From a virus (Duplodnaviria; Caudoviricetes), in the IMG/VR virus record IMGVR_UViG_3300031992_000046, positions 36,410 to 100,409 of that record: a DNA stretch of 64,000 bases, one strand, 5' to 3'. A program made the position numbers and the translations under genes. The notes under the pieces were generated by a model. That model ran no database searches, was not told where the DNA came from, and worked only from the letters and a program-made list of their open reading frames with translations. Shown one piece after another: positions 10,050 through 20,495 of this stretch; position 1 is the stretch's first letter; each line of letters begins with the position of its first letter.

Positions 10050-12755
10050 ATGGCTGAATATATTATTCAGGACACATCTCTTAAAAATATAGCCGATGCG
10101 ATACGAGCTAAAACGGGGGATACCGACCAAATGACCCCGGCTCAAATGGCGACGGAGATCGGTAATATTGAAACCGGCATTACACCTGCCGGCACAAAAC
10201 AGGTGTCAGTTTCTCAAAACGGAACAGTTTTGGAAGACGTTTACGATTATGCAAATGTAAACATTAGTGTTGCGGTTCCTCAGCCGTCTGGGACGAAAAA
10301 CATTTCAATTTCGCAGAACGGCACTACGACGGAAAATGTAAACGACTATTCAAGTGCGGAAATAACCGTTAACGTACCCAACACCTATGTTGCGGGAGAC
10401 GAAGGAAAGGTGGTTCACAACGGAGGACTCGTCTCACAGACCGCTCACGCAAAAGTTGTACAGAATGGGACAATCGATACGACCCGGAATAATAGCGTTC
10501 AAGTTGCAGTTCCGGCTTCTGCCGTTGATACCGGTACGAAAGCGATCTCGGCCAACGGAACGCATGACGTGGTTGGTTACGCGTCCGCAAGTGTTAATGT
10601 TCCTAACAGTTATTCCGCATCAGATGAAGGTAAGGTCGTAAGTGGCGGAGCATTAGTTAATCAAACCGCTCACTCGACGGTGACTTCGAACGGGACTATA
10701 GACACTACTTTGAATAATAGTGTGACGGTTAATGTTCCTGAAAAGGTCTCCGAGTCTTGGCATCAGGACTCCGAAGCGGTGAGGAACTATATCGCGGAAG
10801 TTGATTATACCAATGTGGCGTATACGGAGTCTGATATCGGGGACTACGCTCCGACTCCCGCAGTCCCGGCAACAAACACGAAACCCATCGGGAAGACCGT
10901 CGACGGTGTGACTTTTTATAACGAGGAGCCGGGCAAGAAGACTCCGTTCGCCACGACCAACAAAGCGGGCACTGTCGAGCCGCTTGATCAGGTCAGATGG
11001 ATCAAATCTACAACGAGCAATATGCGCGACCTCGGCGGGTGGTCTTGCGACGGCGGGACGGTTCGGTACGGTCTTCTGTACAGATCGGGTGAGTTGAGCG
11101 CACAGGACGAAAGTCTGTTTATCGACGAACTCGGTATCAACACCGAATGCGATCTTACCGCGGACGGCGTTCCCGCGTTTCCCGGAAGGATGAGGTTCAT
11201 CGGGCATACGAGTTACGCGATGTATTCGCTTTCCAACACAGGCGCGTGGCTGACCAATCTGCGCGGGATAATCGGCGCGGTGGTCTACAGAGACCCCGTC
11301 GTGTTCCATTGCTCGATGGGCGCTGACAGAACGGGAACTCTCGCCTGCGTTCTCGAAGGTCTGCTCGGAGTCTCACAGAGCGATTGCGATAAGGACTATG
11401 AACTGACTTCGTTCTATTCGGAACGCGCGAGAAATAAAAACTATCAGGGTGGTACAACGGACTGGGCGCATCTTATCGGACAGATCAATGCTTTGAGCGG
11501 GAGTACGTTCCGTGACAAGTGTGTCACATTTGCCCTGTCTGTCGGCATTACGATAGACGAGATCAACGCATACAGAACTGCAATGATTGATGGAACCCCT
11601 GAAGTTCTTCACGCGCCGACAGTCAATATTACGAACTCATTGACGAATTGTTCGACGAATAACTTAGCGACCACTATCGAAGAGTCAAAATCATATTCCG
11701 CGACCATAACGGCTGATAGCGGTTACACGCTTGAGGGAGCGACGGTATCCGTCACGATGGGCGGTGTCGATATCACGGCTACGGCTTACGACGAAGGCGT
11801 TATTTCGATTCCGTACGTCAGTGGCGCGATTGTCATCACGATAAGCGCGGAAGCGGAACAACATCTGAAGGAACTGTTTGACTTATCCACAACAACGATA
11901 AATCAGCGGTTTAGCAGTTCGGGTGCTTTTTCGGCGCAGAACGGTAACTTCTGTACCGATTTTATCCCTGTCAGCGGTATAAACACATCTGAACCGTGGA
12001 GAATTCATATTCGTGAGATAGGAAATGATACGAGATTCCGCGCTACTGGCGCACAAGAAAGCATACTGTTCTGCAAGGCTGATAAGACCGTAATGAATCT
12101 GAACTATGGCAGATTCACCGTCAACAAAAATACAGGTACGAATAACACAATATGTAAATACGAAGATAGCAACGGTGGAGTATATATGGATATCAATAAA
12201 ACAAGTGACGGAAATTATATACCCACAAGTTACTTCGATATTACACAGGTCGCTTATATCCGAATCTGTGTGACCTACACGGGCAACATTACAATTACTG
12301 ACGTGAACGCCCTTGCCAATGTCAGCATTACCGCGGACAAGATTACAGATGAAGGCGGCAGTGACGAACCGACCAACCTGTTTGACGAGAATGACGCAGA
12401 TGTGACTTTAGGAGCGCGAATCAATTCTTCGGGAGGTGCGGTTGCTTACGCTGACGGACAGCTTGTGACTGGATTTATTCCTGCTGTGGCTGGCGATGTA
12501 TTCAGGATTGAAACGGACAAAGCACTCGACACAAATAGCTATACTGGAATGCTTGCAACATACACATCCGCGAAGGGTTATATTTGGTCATCCGGCCATG
12601 CTAACAATCAAGCGTGGACATTTGATGCTGGCGGATTGACAGGTACAGCTACTGTGCTGTCTGACGTTGGTGGTCACGACCAAACTGGAACAGCTTATGT
12701 GCGGTTCTGTGTGGCGTATACTGATATCAACAACATAAAGATTTATAAGCAGTAG
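10050..12755 (+). CDS. Tail-associated protein with internal protein-tyrosine-phosphatase domain
   Basis: Fibre repeats, then NMRDLGG, LYRSGEL and HCSMGADRTG (CX5R) motifs. Confidence 0.8.
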   Translation: MAEYIIQDTSLKNIADAIRAKTGDTDQMTPAQMATEIGNIETGITPAGTKQVSVSQNGTVLEDVYDYANVNISVAVPQPSGTKNISISQNGTTTENVNDYSSAEITVNVPNTYVAGDEGKVVHNGGLVSQTAHAKVVQNGTIDTTRNNSVQVAVPASAVDTGTKAISANGTHDVVGYASASVNVPNSYSASDEGKVVSGGALVNQTAHSTVTSNGTIDTTLNNSVTVNVPEKVSESWHQDSEAVRNYIAEVDYTNVAYTESDIGDYAPTPAVPATNTKPIGKTVDGVTFYNEEPGKKTPFATTNKAGTVEPLDQVRWIKSTTSNMRDLGGWSCDGGTVRYGLLYRSGELSAQDESLFIDELGINTECDLTADGVPAFPGRMRFIGHTSYAMYSLSNTGAWLTNLRGIIGAVVYRDPVVFHCSMGADRTGTLACVLEGLLGVSQSDCDKDYELTSFYSERARNKNYQGGTTDWAHLIGQINALSGSTFRDKCVTFALSVGITIDEINAYRTAMIDGTPEVLHAPTVNITNSLTNCSTNNLATTIEESKSYSATITADSGYTLEGATVSVTMGGVDITATAYDEGVISIPYVSGAIVITISAEAEQHLKELFDLSTTTINQRFSSSGAFSAQNGNFCTDFIPVSGINTSEPWRIHIREIGNDTRFRATGAQESILFCKADKTVMNLNYGRFTVNKNTGTNNTICKYEDSNGGVYMDINKTSDGNYIPTSYFDITQVAYIRICVTYTGNITITDVNALANVSITADKITDEGGSDEPTNLFDENDADVTLGARINSSGGAVAYADGQLVTGFIPAVAGDVFRIETDKALDTNSYTGMLATYTSAKGYIWSSGHANNQAWTFDAGGLTGTATVLSDVGGHDQTGTAYVRFCVAYTDINNIKIYKQ

Positions 12756-12807
12756 GAAAACGCGATCAAAAAGTGCGTACTTCCGAACCCACAAGGAGAA
12801 CACGCAT

Positions 12808-15039
12808 ATGATAGAACTTGTACGGGAGGGTGTGATCCCAAACACACACAATAAGAGATACATCATAGATTCGCCCGAAGAAAGAAGCAACCTCGAGGTC
12901 GATTTCGGTAATGAAGCGTATTGCATCTCTAACAAGACTACGTATATTTGTAACGGTTCGGGCGTATACGTAGAAAAAGAATCGAGCGGAGGAGGCGGCG
13001 GAGCCTCCGCCGCTCCGCTCATAGTCACTCTTACTTTCACGGGCACTGGTATGACATCGCTCACCGCGAATGTTACGAATGGAGAAATTGCAAACGCAAT
13101 AGCTGCTGGTCGACAGGTTTGGGTCGGTGTTGTAGAAGAAAGTATGAGCGGCAATCATTTTTATGCACCCATTACACAAACGCACGACGTGGATTCTTCA
13201 TTTAGCGGATGCTCCGCCGATGTGACAATATATGATTATGTTTATACCGTGTACAATTATAGTGACGACCCGAGTAACACTTCATGGGAATCAACGATTA
13301 ACGATGTGTTCAAAACTTCGGTGTGGTTTGATACAACAACGGGTGAGTTTGTTGGTGCTGACTCTTTAGGCGAAATTGCTGACGCGTATTTTCGAGGAAT
13401 ACCTGTGTTAGTTACTTTCGAAGGTATTAGAGAAAATACGAATTTTACATTGCCCATATCATACACTTCATGGGTAAGCACATCTAATGTACTTTCTATG
13501 CGAATTGAAGCGTACGACCAGGATTCACATTATCTCTTTATAGCGTCAATAACTGGTGATGAGTCTCAAAAACAGTGGGTTATTGATCCTGTACCAATCG
13601 CTAATATGAGAAACGTAACCTATAATGAATTACGCGCAATGGTTTCGACCGGTAAATTGGCTCCTGGAATGCAGTACAGAATAATCGACTATTCAACCAT
13701 TATTAACGGAACCTATGATCTCTCCGACATGGGCGCCCAGGGATATGTCCACTATGCACGTTCGGCACGAAATGATTTCTTTGATATTATTGTTACTGCC
13801 GACGATGCCTCACACCTCAATGAAAACGCTCGTGCTTGCAGAAGAGAGGGGTCAACCTACGCTCCCGACGCGAAACCTGAGGCGTGGGAAATACACTACA
13901 CGATAGACAACGATCCGACGAAGTACGCGTGGGCAGACTCAACTAATGGCAAGGGCGTTATCTACTATATGAAAGATGAGCATAATAATTCTGCTTGGTA
14001 TGATTTTAAGAATATTCAATTCTTACGATATGCATTGAAAATTGCTGATGATATACCCAGTGACATTGCAGAAATGATAACTCCTTCAAATGATCTTTCG
14101 TTATATTATGACAGTAATAATTATCCTTGGAGAAGATATGGAGACATTCTCCACTTATCTACCGCATTATCATATTATATGAATACAGGATCGTATACGA
14201 ACCCATTTTTTACAACGTGGAATGGAGACACTAATGCGCATATCTATGATTTCTACGTTGGTGATAATATCTTAGGCACAGTTGAATTTCCAGAAGTCGA
14301 TGAAACATATCTTTCAACTTTTAATGCAGACTGGTATTATACATTTGGAATATATGATAATGGGACTCTTTTGGATGCATCAGTATATCGTTTTGGATGC
14401 GTAAACAATCACATAGAGATGGGTACTGATCTATATGGGCAATTTACAAATAATCCAGTAACCGGATTAAATGGTTCGGTTATAATCTATGATGACCTTG
14501 TATACGACGTTCATATCGGAGTGAATTGTTTACAAAATACCGTATCATCAGATAAGGTGATTATTGACGACAATAGTGAGGGTAATATAGTTGTATACTG
14601 GAAAGAGGTCAATCTTTCAAGAGGATGTTACGCTAATATTATCGATGGCGAATCATCAGATATTACATTAACTCAGTGCGATCATTTTTGGTTTTGGTGG
14701 TCATCAGACATAAATATTGATGGCGGAACTGGTTCATCATTTGTTGAAAGTAGTGATATATCGTTACCAAGAACTGTCCAGTCTTGTTCTTTTAATTATT
14801 GTCAACATATATCTTCAAATGCCACTTCAATTAGCCACGTCCATGCTGACACTCTTCGTCATGCTTTACTCGTAGGCGTTATATCAAGTGTAACTTTCCC
14901 AAAAACACTGGCAAGCCCTCACACACACGAAGTCATAGGTATGCTTAATCAGTCGCAGAAGGCTTGGCATATAAGCAAAACTGGTTATAATCAAGAGACC
15001 GTACTCAGTACTACCGATGGCGGACAGACATGGTCATAA
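12808..15039 (+). CDS. Tail fibre / receptor-binding-like protein, possible beta-helix C-term
   Basis: Shared adaptor N-term, PGMQYRIIDY motif, AT-rich C-terminal region. Confidence 0.6.
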   Translation: MIELVREGVIPNTHNKRYIIDSPEERSNLEVDFGNEAYCISNKTTYICNGSGVYVEKESSGGGGGASAAPLIVTLTFTGTGMTSLTANVTNGEIANAIAAGRQVWVGVVEESMSGNHFYAPITQTHDVDSSFSGCSADVTIYDYVYTVYNYSDDPSNTSWESTINDVFKTSVWFDTTTGEFVGADSLGEIADAYFRGIPVLVTFEGIRENTNFTLPISYTSWVSTSNVLSMRIEAYDQDSHYLFIASITGDESQKQWVIDPVPIANMRNVTYNELRAMVSTGKLAPGMQYRIIDYSTIINGTYDLSDMGAQGYVHYARSARNDFFDIIVTADDASHLNENARACRREGSTYAPDAKPEAWEIHYTIDNDPTKYAWADSTNGKGVIYYMKDEHNNSAWYDFKNIQFLRYALKIADDIPSDIAEMITPSNDLSLYYDSNNYPWRRYGDILHLSTALSYYMNTGSYTNPFFTTWNGDTNAHIYDFYVGDNILGTVEFPEVDETYLSTFNADWYYTFGIYDNGTLLDASVYRFGCVNNHIEMGTDLYGQFTNNPVTGLNGSVIIYDDLVYDVHIGVNCLQNTVSSDKVIIDDNSEGNIVVYWKEVNLSRGCYANIIDGESSDITLTQCDHFWFWWSSDINIDGGTGSSFVESSDISLPRTVQSCSFNYCQHISSNATSISHVHADTLRHALLVGVISSVTFPKTLASPHTHEVIGMLNQSQKAWHISKTGYNQETVLSTTDGGQTWS

Positions 15040-15064
15040 CAGCCGTAATATATTAAGGCGGCTT

Positions 15065-15098
15065 ATAGCGAACTATCATTGTAATGATAGTTCGCTAT
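15065..15098. terminator. Bidirectional terminator between convergent blocks
   Basis: 16-bp perfect inverted repeat atagcgaactatcatt-gt-aatgatagttcgctat. Confidence 0.75.
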
Positions 15099-15132
15099 TT
15101 CTTTACTTGGAGTAGAGGATAAAATGAAAGTT

Positions 15133-16863
15133 TTAGATTCGAACTCCAACAGAGAAGCGGTATGTTTCTGTGTGAGAGTCTACCCGGCGATTAACTCGTG
15201 TGAAAGAAATATTTCGTATGGGTAAGATGTTCTTAATCGTGTGTCCCGTACGAAGTCCTTTTGCCAAGGTTTTTGACAACGTTTCGCCTGTAAAGATTTT
15301 CACTTCAAGCGCAGCGGTTGTTTCGTTAATCGGGGTGACGAAAATTTTGTCGATATAGGTGTCGACAAACCCTTTGTCGACCATACTTTTATTTGCTGAT
15401 TTTGCGGCGTCCGACAGAGTCTTGCGGATTATTTTAATCTGTTCGCTAATGGACTCTTGGGACGCCGCTGCTTCTCTCAGTTCTCCCAGCTCACTCTCTG
15501 CGTCAGATATCTCCTTGGTGCATTGTTCGTTTAACCGCAGAAAATCCTTATCGCTTAGCTTACCTGATACATTGTACTCCAAGAGTTTAGACTGCTTTTT
15601 GAGGGCTACGTCGCGCTTCGCCTCAGTCTTCTTGATTTGGGACTCTATGTTCCGGTCTCCGAAGGCCTCGCGGTACATTGCAACGTATTCCTCGATAAGC
15701 AGTTCGACGTTGATTTCGGTTTCGGTAAATACCTCGAGAAGTATCGGTTTGATTTCATTTTCGTAGATTGAAAAAGAGGGGCAGTGGTCGGCACCGTTAT
15801 TGATTTTGCCCGAGCAAATCCACAGACTGTTAACGTTTCCTTTCTTATCTTTTACCGCGCGTCGGTAATATGGCTTCCCACAGTGCGTGCAAATCAGTTT
15901 TCCGGTCAGCAGATTGGGGTGGTTACATATCCCTTTGCGGGATTTAACGTCGTCACTGCGCTTTGTGAGCACGCGATTTGCGGCGTCCCACAATTCTTCG
16001 GTTACAATTGCAGGGACGATATCGCCTGTTTCGTCTTTGAACATTACCCACTCCTCAGGGGGCAGGAATTTTTGCTTCTTGGAGAACATATCGACGATTT
16101 TTACTTTATTCCCGACGTAGTACCCTTTGTATTTCGGGTTGGCTATGATGCCCGAAAGGGTATTGTGCATGATTTTATTGCCGTTGTGGTTACGATAACC
16201 TCTCTCATAGAAGATTTCTTCGATTTGTTTCATACTGTATTCGCCTGTGGCGTACAGTTCGAACAGTTCTTTGACCATTTCGGCTTGTTCGGGATCGATT
16301 TGGAGCCTCCCGCCGTCTTTAATGTATCCGAAAATGCGGCTGTTGCCGAGAACAACCGACGATTTTATCGCTTGCTGATGCCCGAAACGCACTCTCGAGG
16401 ACAGTTTGCGCAATTCGTCTTGTGCTATCGATGACATAATCGACAGGCGAAGCTCGGAATCTTCGTCGAAGGTGTTTATGTTGTCGTTCTGGAAGTAAAC
16501 ACCGACACCTGCGGCGAGAAGTTGCCTTGTGTAACGTATCGAGTCAAGGGTATTACGTGCAAAACGCGAGATTTCTTTCGTAATTATCAGGTCAAAGTCG
16601 CCGTTTTCGGCGTCGGCGATCATACGGTTGAAGTTCTCGCGCTTTTTTGTCGACATACCCGATATTCCCTCATCAATATATCCCGGGCAGTATGTCCAGT
16701 TGGGATTTTTTGAGATGAAATCCTTATAATACGAGACCTGATTGTCCAAAGAGTTGATTTGTTCGTCGCTCTCTGACGAAACTCGGGCGTAAAATGTTAC
16801 GCGGAGCGGAATATCGTAAACAGATTTAGTTTTTAGCGAGGTTCGGATGTCGTGGATGTCCAT
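15133..16863 (-). CDS. Large serine recombinase (integrase)
   Basis: YARVSS catalytic motif, KEISRFARN, recombinase domain, Zn ribbon CTHCG, coiled coil. Confidence 0.95.
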   Translation of the reverse strand: MDIHDIRTSLKTKSVYDIPLRVTFYARVSSESDEQINSLDNQVSYYKDFISKNPNWTYCPGYIDEGISGMSTKKRENFNRMIADAENGDFDLIITKEISRFARNTLDSIRYTRQLLAAGVGVYFQNDNINTFDEDSELRLSIMSSIAQDELRKLSSRVRFGHQQAIKSSVVLGNSRIFGYIKDGGRLQIDPEQAEMVKELFELYATGEYSMKQIEEIFYERGYRNHNGNKIMHNTLSGIIANPKYKGYYVGNKVKIVDMFSKKQKFLPPEEWVMFKDETGDIVPAIVTEELWDAANRVLTKRSDDVKSRKGICNHPNLLTGKLICTHCGKPYYRRAVKDKKGNVNSLWICSGKINNGADHCPSFSIYENEIKPILLEVFTETEINVELLIEEYVAMYREAFGDRNIESQIKKTEAKRDVALKKQSKLLEYNVSGKLSDKDFLRLNEQCTKEISDAESELGELREAAASQESISEQIKIIRKTLSDAAKSANKSMVDKGFVDTYIDKIFVTPINETTAALEVKIFTGETLSKTLAKGLRTGHTIKNILPIRNISFTRVNRRVDSHTETYRFSVGVRI

Positions 16864-16895
16864 ATTTGCCTCTTCGTAAAATCATCATTTTATAT

Positions 16896-16924
16896 ATCAT
16901 ATCACATCACTCCGAAACTGTCAA
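16896..16924 (-). promoter_or_regulatory. Sigma-70/A promoter of the recombinase
   Basis: TTGACA-17-TATGAT with TG extended -10. Confidence 0.7.
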
Positions 16925-16975
16925 GTTTTTTGTAAAAAATCCCGCAAGCCCTTATTTTAGGCGGATTTTTGGCGA

Positions 16976-17012
16976 AAAAAGAAAGCCGGCGCGTAAGCGC
17001 CGGCTTATTTTT
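16976..17012. terminator. Intrinsic terminator
   Basis: aagccggcgc-gtaa-gcgccggctt flanked by A/T tracts. Confidence 0.75.
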
Positions 17013-17013
17013 C

Positions 17014-17649
17014 TCAAGTGCAAATGTCTACTATATGTTCGCACAGTTCAATCGGTATCTTAGCTCTCTCACGTGCATTTTGCAGACCCTGAGTACCGGT
17101 CTGTGAGCCGCGAGGAGCCGCAACGTGGCATCTGTCACCCTGTTTGCAGGGCGGTTTGAATTGCGGGTCGGGGTGGTTAGTCCATATATCAGTCGGCTTC
17201 ATCCTTTTCTCGCCGTACTGACAGTAAGTCACCGTATATCGCGGCAAATCTTTGACAAAATCCATTTTCCGCATTCCACCGCAAGGATTTTCAATAAAAT
17301 AATACTTTGGGTTGAGTTCTTTTATCAGTTCAACAACGTGTGAGTTGATAGTATCGCACTGCGCTGCGTATTCCGATATCGGGTCTAAGTTACCCGTCTC
17401 CGGATTTTTTCTTCTGTGGCGGCTGATTGCCGCTACGCTGTACGAAGTGCAGTCAGGAGACGCCCAGATGACGTCGGGGCAACCTCCACAGAGTTTAATT
17501 ATATCATCGGCGGTCAAAGCACCTATGTCGGCGCACAGAGTCGGCTCGAATTCGGGGTTCCAGTCAACAGAATAGACTTCGTGCCCTCCTCGCCGCTCGA
17601 ACGCGTTGGCAATAGACTTCGTGCCGCAGAACAGGTCTAAAATTTTAAT
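17014..17649 (-). CDS. C5-cytosine DNA methyltransferase-like protein (probable ATT start)
   Basis: In-frame upstream extension gives KILDLFCG (motif I); also WASPDC (IV) and FIENP (VI). Confidence 0.8.
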   Translation of the reverse strand: MKILDLFCGTKSIANAFERRGGHEVYSVDWNPEFEPTLCADIGALTADDIIKLCGGCPDVIWASPDCTSYSVAAISRHRRKNPETGNLDPISEYAAQCDTINSHVVELIKELNPKYYFIENPCGGMRKMDFVKDLPRYTVTYCQYGEKRMKPTDIWTNHPDPQFKPPCKQGDRCHVAAPRGSQTGTQGLQNARERAKIPIELCEHIVDICT

Positions 17650-17670
17650 GGCAATCCCTCCTGAGGCAAT

Positions 17671-17700
17671 AAAAAAAGACCGGCGCCGAAGCGCCGGTCT
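17671..17700 (-). terminator. Intrinsic terminator
   Basis: agaccggcgc-cgaa-gcgccggtct followed by a U7 tract on - strand. Confidence 0.8.
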
Positions 17701-17874
17701 ACTAACTGTCGTTACTAAGTTCTGGCGTGCGTCTTTTCGCCGCTTATGATGCGCGCTGCCATTTTGTTATACTCTTCGCGGCTTATTAAACCCGCTGAGT
17801 ACAGGCTCTTGTTGAAATACTCGAGCCACAGGCGACGCGCGACGGCGTTTTTGTCCCTTTCATTCCTTGACATA

Positions 17875-18306
17875 TCAGACTCCCGTGCTTCCGAAACCGC
17901 CCGTTCCGCGTCCTGTTTCACTCAGCTCGTCGGCCTCGATAAAATCAGCCACGGCGTGCGCCTGAAACACGATTTGGGCTATCCGGTCTCCTTTGTTTAT
18001 GGTCTGGGCTTCGTGGCTGTCGTTATACAGCGCTACGAAAACCTCTCCACGATAGTCTGTGTCGATTACACCTACGCAATTCGCCGGCCTGAGCCCGCGC
18101 TTGAGCGCAAGCCCGCTGCGGGCGTATATATTTCCCGTATACCCGTAGGGTATCTCGAGCGCAATGCCCGTTCCTATAAGCTTGGATTCCCCCGGGTATA
18201 TCACTACGCTGTCACTTGCCGAATAGAGGTCATATCCTCCGGCGTACAGGCTTTCCCGCGTCGGTACGTGCGCATCTTCGCGCAACATTTTCAACTTAAC
18301 TTTCAT
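17875..18306 (-). CDS. dut: dUTPase
   Basis: AGGYDL, ARSGLA, GVIDTDYRGE, DRIAQ, RGTGGFGSTG motifs. Confidence 0.95.
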   Translation of the reverse strand: MKVKLKMLREDAHVPTRESLYAGGYDLYSASDSVVIYPGESKLIGTGIALEIPYGYTGNIYARSGLALKRGLRPANCVGVIDTDYRGEVFVALYNDSHEAQTINKGDRIAQIVFQAHAVADFIEADELSETGRGTGGFGSTGV

Positions 18307-18673
18307 AGAAGTCATCTTCCTCATCATTATTTTCCTCACCGTTATCGCAGTCGAATTTTGACAGTCGTATCTCATTGAGGCGGTAGAACTCGCTCCGCCC
18401 CCAGTCTGCGCCATCTTCGTCGCAAATCCTCATTTCAATCAGATAGTCACCGTTACCAAGCGGCGTCATATCTTTTACCCTGCCGAACGCGTAATGACTT
18501 CCGGTAAATTCGGTTTCATCCATAAACTTGTGTTCTTCTTCGTATGGAGTGAACATTCTGCGGTAAACAGTGAAGCGATATATTCTGTCGTAGCTCGCGC
18601 AGAGCATATCTATTGGCGTTCTGAGGCTCCAAAACTCGCCCAGAATATTCTGTGCGTTATTTTCTGCACTCAT
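18296..18673 (-). CDS. Hypothetical protein
   Basis: Tiling ORF in operon. Confidence 0.65.
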   Translation of the reverse strand: MSAENNAQNILGEFWSLRTPIDMLCASYDRIYRFTVYRRMFTPYEEEHKFMDETEFTGSHYAFGRVKDMTPLGNGDYLIEMRICDEDGADWGRSEFYRLNEIRLSKFDCDNGEENNDEEDDFYES

Positions 18674-18675
18674 CT

Positions 18676-19095
18676 TCAGTTCCCTCCGGGCGGTTCAAGT
18701 GATATGAATTCAAATTGATCGAAGACGTTCGGTACAAATGCGCCAATCCAAGCGTCATACTGAAGTTTTCTGTATCGGGCAAGATCCTCGTTCCACCTGC
18801 GTATCTGGTCAACGAGCTGTTGCTTGCCGACGTCGTTATCGTTGTCGTAAAAATTGTTTTCCCATTGATACGTCAGCATTTCATATCGCATCTGGTTTTC
18901 TGATACTTGGGCGTCGAGCCCTATGTACATATAAGCCAGGACGATAACTGCCAAGACAGTCAAAATACCGAACAGTATGGACAAAGCGCTCCCTACTGTT
19001 TCCTCGGCGTCGTAGGCGCAGCGGCTGAAGTTATAGTGGATTAGTAAACCTATCCCTGTCAGCAGCCCGACTATAAAGATTATCAGCAGAATCAT
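18676..19095 (-). CDS. Membrane protein
   Basis: Two hydrophobic helices. Confidence 0.7.
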   Translation of the reverse strand: MILLIIFIVGLLTGIGLLIHYNFSRCAYDAEETVGSALSILFGILTVLAVIVLAYMYIGLDAQVSENQMRYEMLTYQWENNFYDNDNDVGKQQLVDQIRRWNEDLARYRKLQYDAWIGAFVPNVFDQFEFISLEPPGGN

Positions 19096-19106
19096 TGTTT
19101 TTCTCC

Positions 19107-19295
19107 TTAATCTACAAAAGAACGTTTACAGTATTGGCAGCCTGTAATCAGCTGGGACGAGGCGACCTCATCGGAGATCGCCCTGTCGCCTGCAAATATG
19201 TTTGCACCGCAAAAGCAACGCCCGTCGCTCGGAGCGAAGAAGGGGAACTTATTCTTCTTACAGTATTCAAACTGGAGTTCCGCCTGTTTTATCAC
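19107..19295 (-). CDS. Small Cys-rich protein
   Basis: CFCG / CQYC motifs. Confidence 0.65.
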   Translation of the reverse strand: MIKQAELQFEYCKKNKFPFFAPSDGRCFCGANIFAGDRAISDEVASSQLITGCQYCKRSFVD

Positions 19296-19939
19296 AGTAT
19301 CGCCTCGATTCCGCCCGGCATAACTATCTCGTCAACGAGCCCTTTTTCCTTTGCTTCGTCAGCAAACATATACCATTCGAACCGTGCTTTCGCCTCGTAC
19401 TCTTCCCAGGTTATGTTGCTCATGGTGAGGATATAATCTTGAACCCTTTTTTCTACCTCTGCGTTGAACTTCATCTGATCCTGCGCTTTGTAGCCGCTGT
19501 TGTAAACGAAGTTCGTGCCGTCGTGTATTAAGTATTTGGCGTTTTTGGTGGCGATTCTTTTGTGCCCGGCCATTCCGATAAGAGCGCCCATACTGTAGAG
19601 GTAACCAAGATTGATAGTCCAAACGGGCGTGACGCTTGCTCTTATGCAATCTATGAGTTCAAACCCTGCGTCAACGTCACCGCCGTTCGACGTGATATAC
19701 AGTCGAATCGGTTTGCGGTTTTCAGGCTCAATACCGGCGTCGTCAGCGTTATAACGCAGAATACTTTGAACGATATCGGGGACGTTGTACTGGTCGATGT
19801 CGCCGCTGTAAAACAGTTGTCTGTTCTGCAGGTCTTTGAGCCAGAAAAGCTCGCTCAGACTGAGATGGTCAACTATTTTCTCTAAATCGTAATCGAACTC
19901 GTAAAACCCGATTACTTCCTTCTTCTTTTTCTTTTGCAT
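19292..19939 (-). CDS. ClpP-like protease subunit
   Basis: PIRLYITSNGG, YSMG (catalytic Ser), YLIHD, A.EAKEKGLVDEI. Confidence 0.85.
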   Translation of the reverse strand: MQKKKKKEVIGFYEFDYDLEKIVDHLSLSELFWLKDLQNRQLFYSGDIDQYNVPDIVQSILRYNADDAGIEPENRKPIRLYITSNGGDVDAGFELIDCIRASVTPVWTINLGYLYSMGALIGMAGHKRIATKNAKYLIHDGTNFVYNSGYKAQDQMKFNAEVEKRVQDYILTMSNITWEEYEAKARFEWYMFADEAKEKGLVDEIVMPGGIEAIL

Positions 19940-20478
19940 AACAGAAATTCCTCCGTCCATCGTTCAACGTTTTCTTTAAGTGTGTCCAGTGTACCGTGAT
20001 TGTAAACCCAGTAATCGGGCGGGGTGGCGTCGAGAGCGCTTTCGGACGGATGTAGTCGCTGCTTGCTTGAGAGCAGGTTGTCGAAATTCGGGCGCAGTAC
20101 CCTGAGGTGAAAAGTCTTGAACCGTCTTTTGGAAAACGCCTCTATTTCGTTTGGGAATCGGGCATCGGGTATGATAACAAAATCCCAGTGTCCGTCGAAG
20201 CACGCGATAAGCCGCGCCGCGAAATCAGCCCAGAAGTTCTGGTCTCTCGCCCTGATGACGTCGGTGCCGACGTATTGCAGCAGAGAACGTCCTTTTTCAT
20301 CTTTCTCGCCATCCCAGTTAAAATATTTTGAGCAGACGAATTTCAGCGGGTCGGCAAAGTGATATACGAACGTGGGCTTGCCCGCCTCGGTCAGTTTATC
20401 CTTCATAAAGTTTGCCACGGTGTCTTTGCCGTGGCGCGCTTTTCCCGATATCAGGATTACCTTAGTCTTTCGCGCCAT
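19912..20478 (-). CDS. Deoxynucleoside monophosphate kinase-like
   Basis: P-loop SGKARHGKDT; R.LLQ..GT; DARFPNE. Confidence 0.8.
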   Translation of the reverse strand: MARKTKVILISGKARHGKDTVANFMKDKLTEAGKPTFVYHFADPLKFVCSKYFNWDGEKDEKGRSLLQYVGTDVIRARDQNFWADFAARLIACFDGHWDFVIIPDARFPNEIEAFSKRRFKTFHLRVLRPNFDNLLSSKQRLHPSESALDATPPDYWVYNHGTLDTLKENVERWTEEFLLCKRKRRRK

Positions 20479-20495
20479 TCTTTCCTGTTACCTCC

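Noticed and set aside
15040-17013. attP site for the serine recombinase
   Set aside because: No att core can be identified without the host sequence; the palindromes look like terminators
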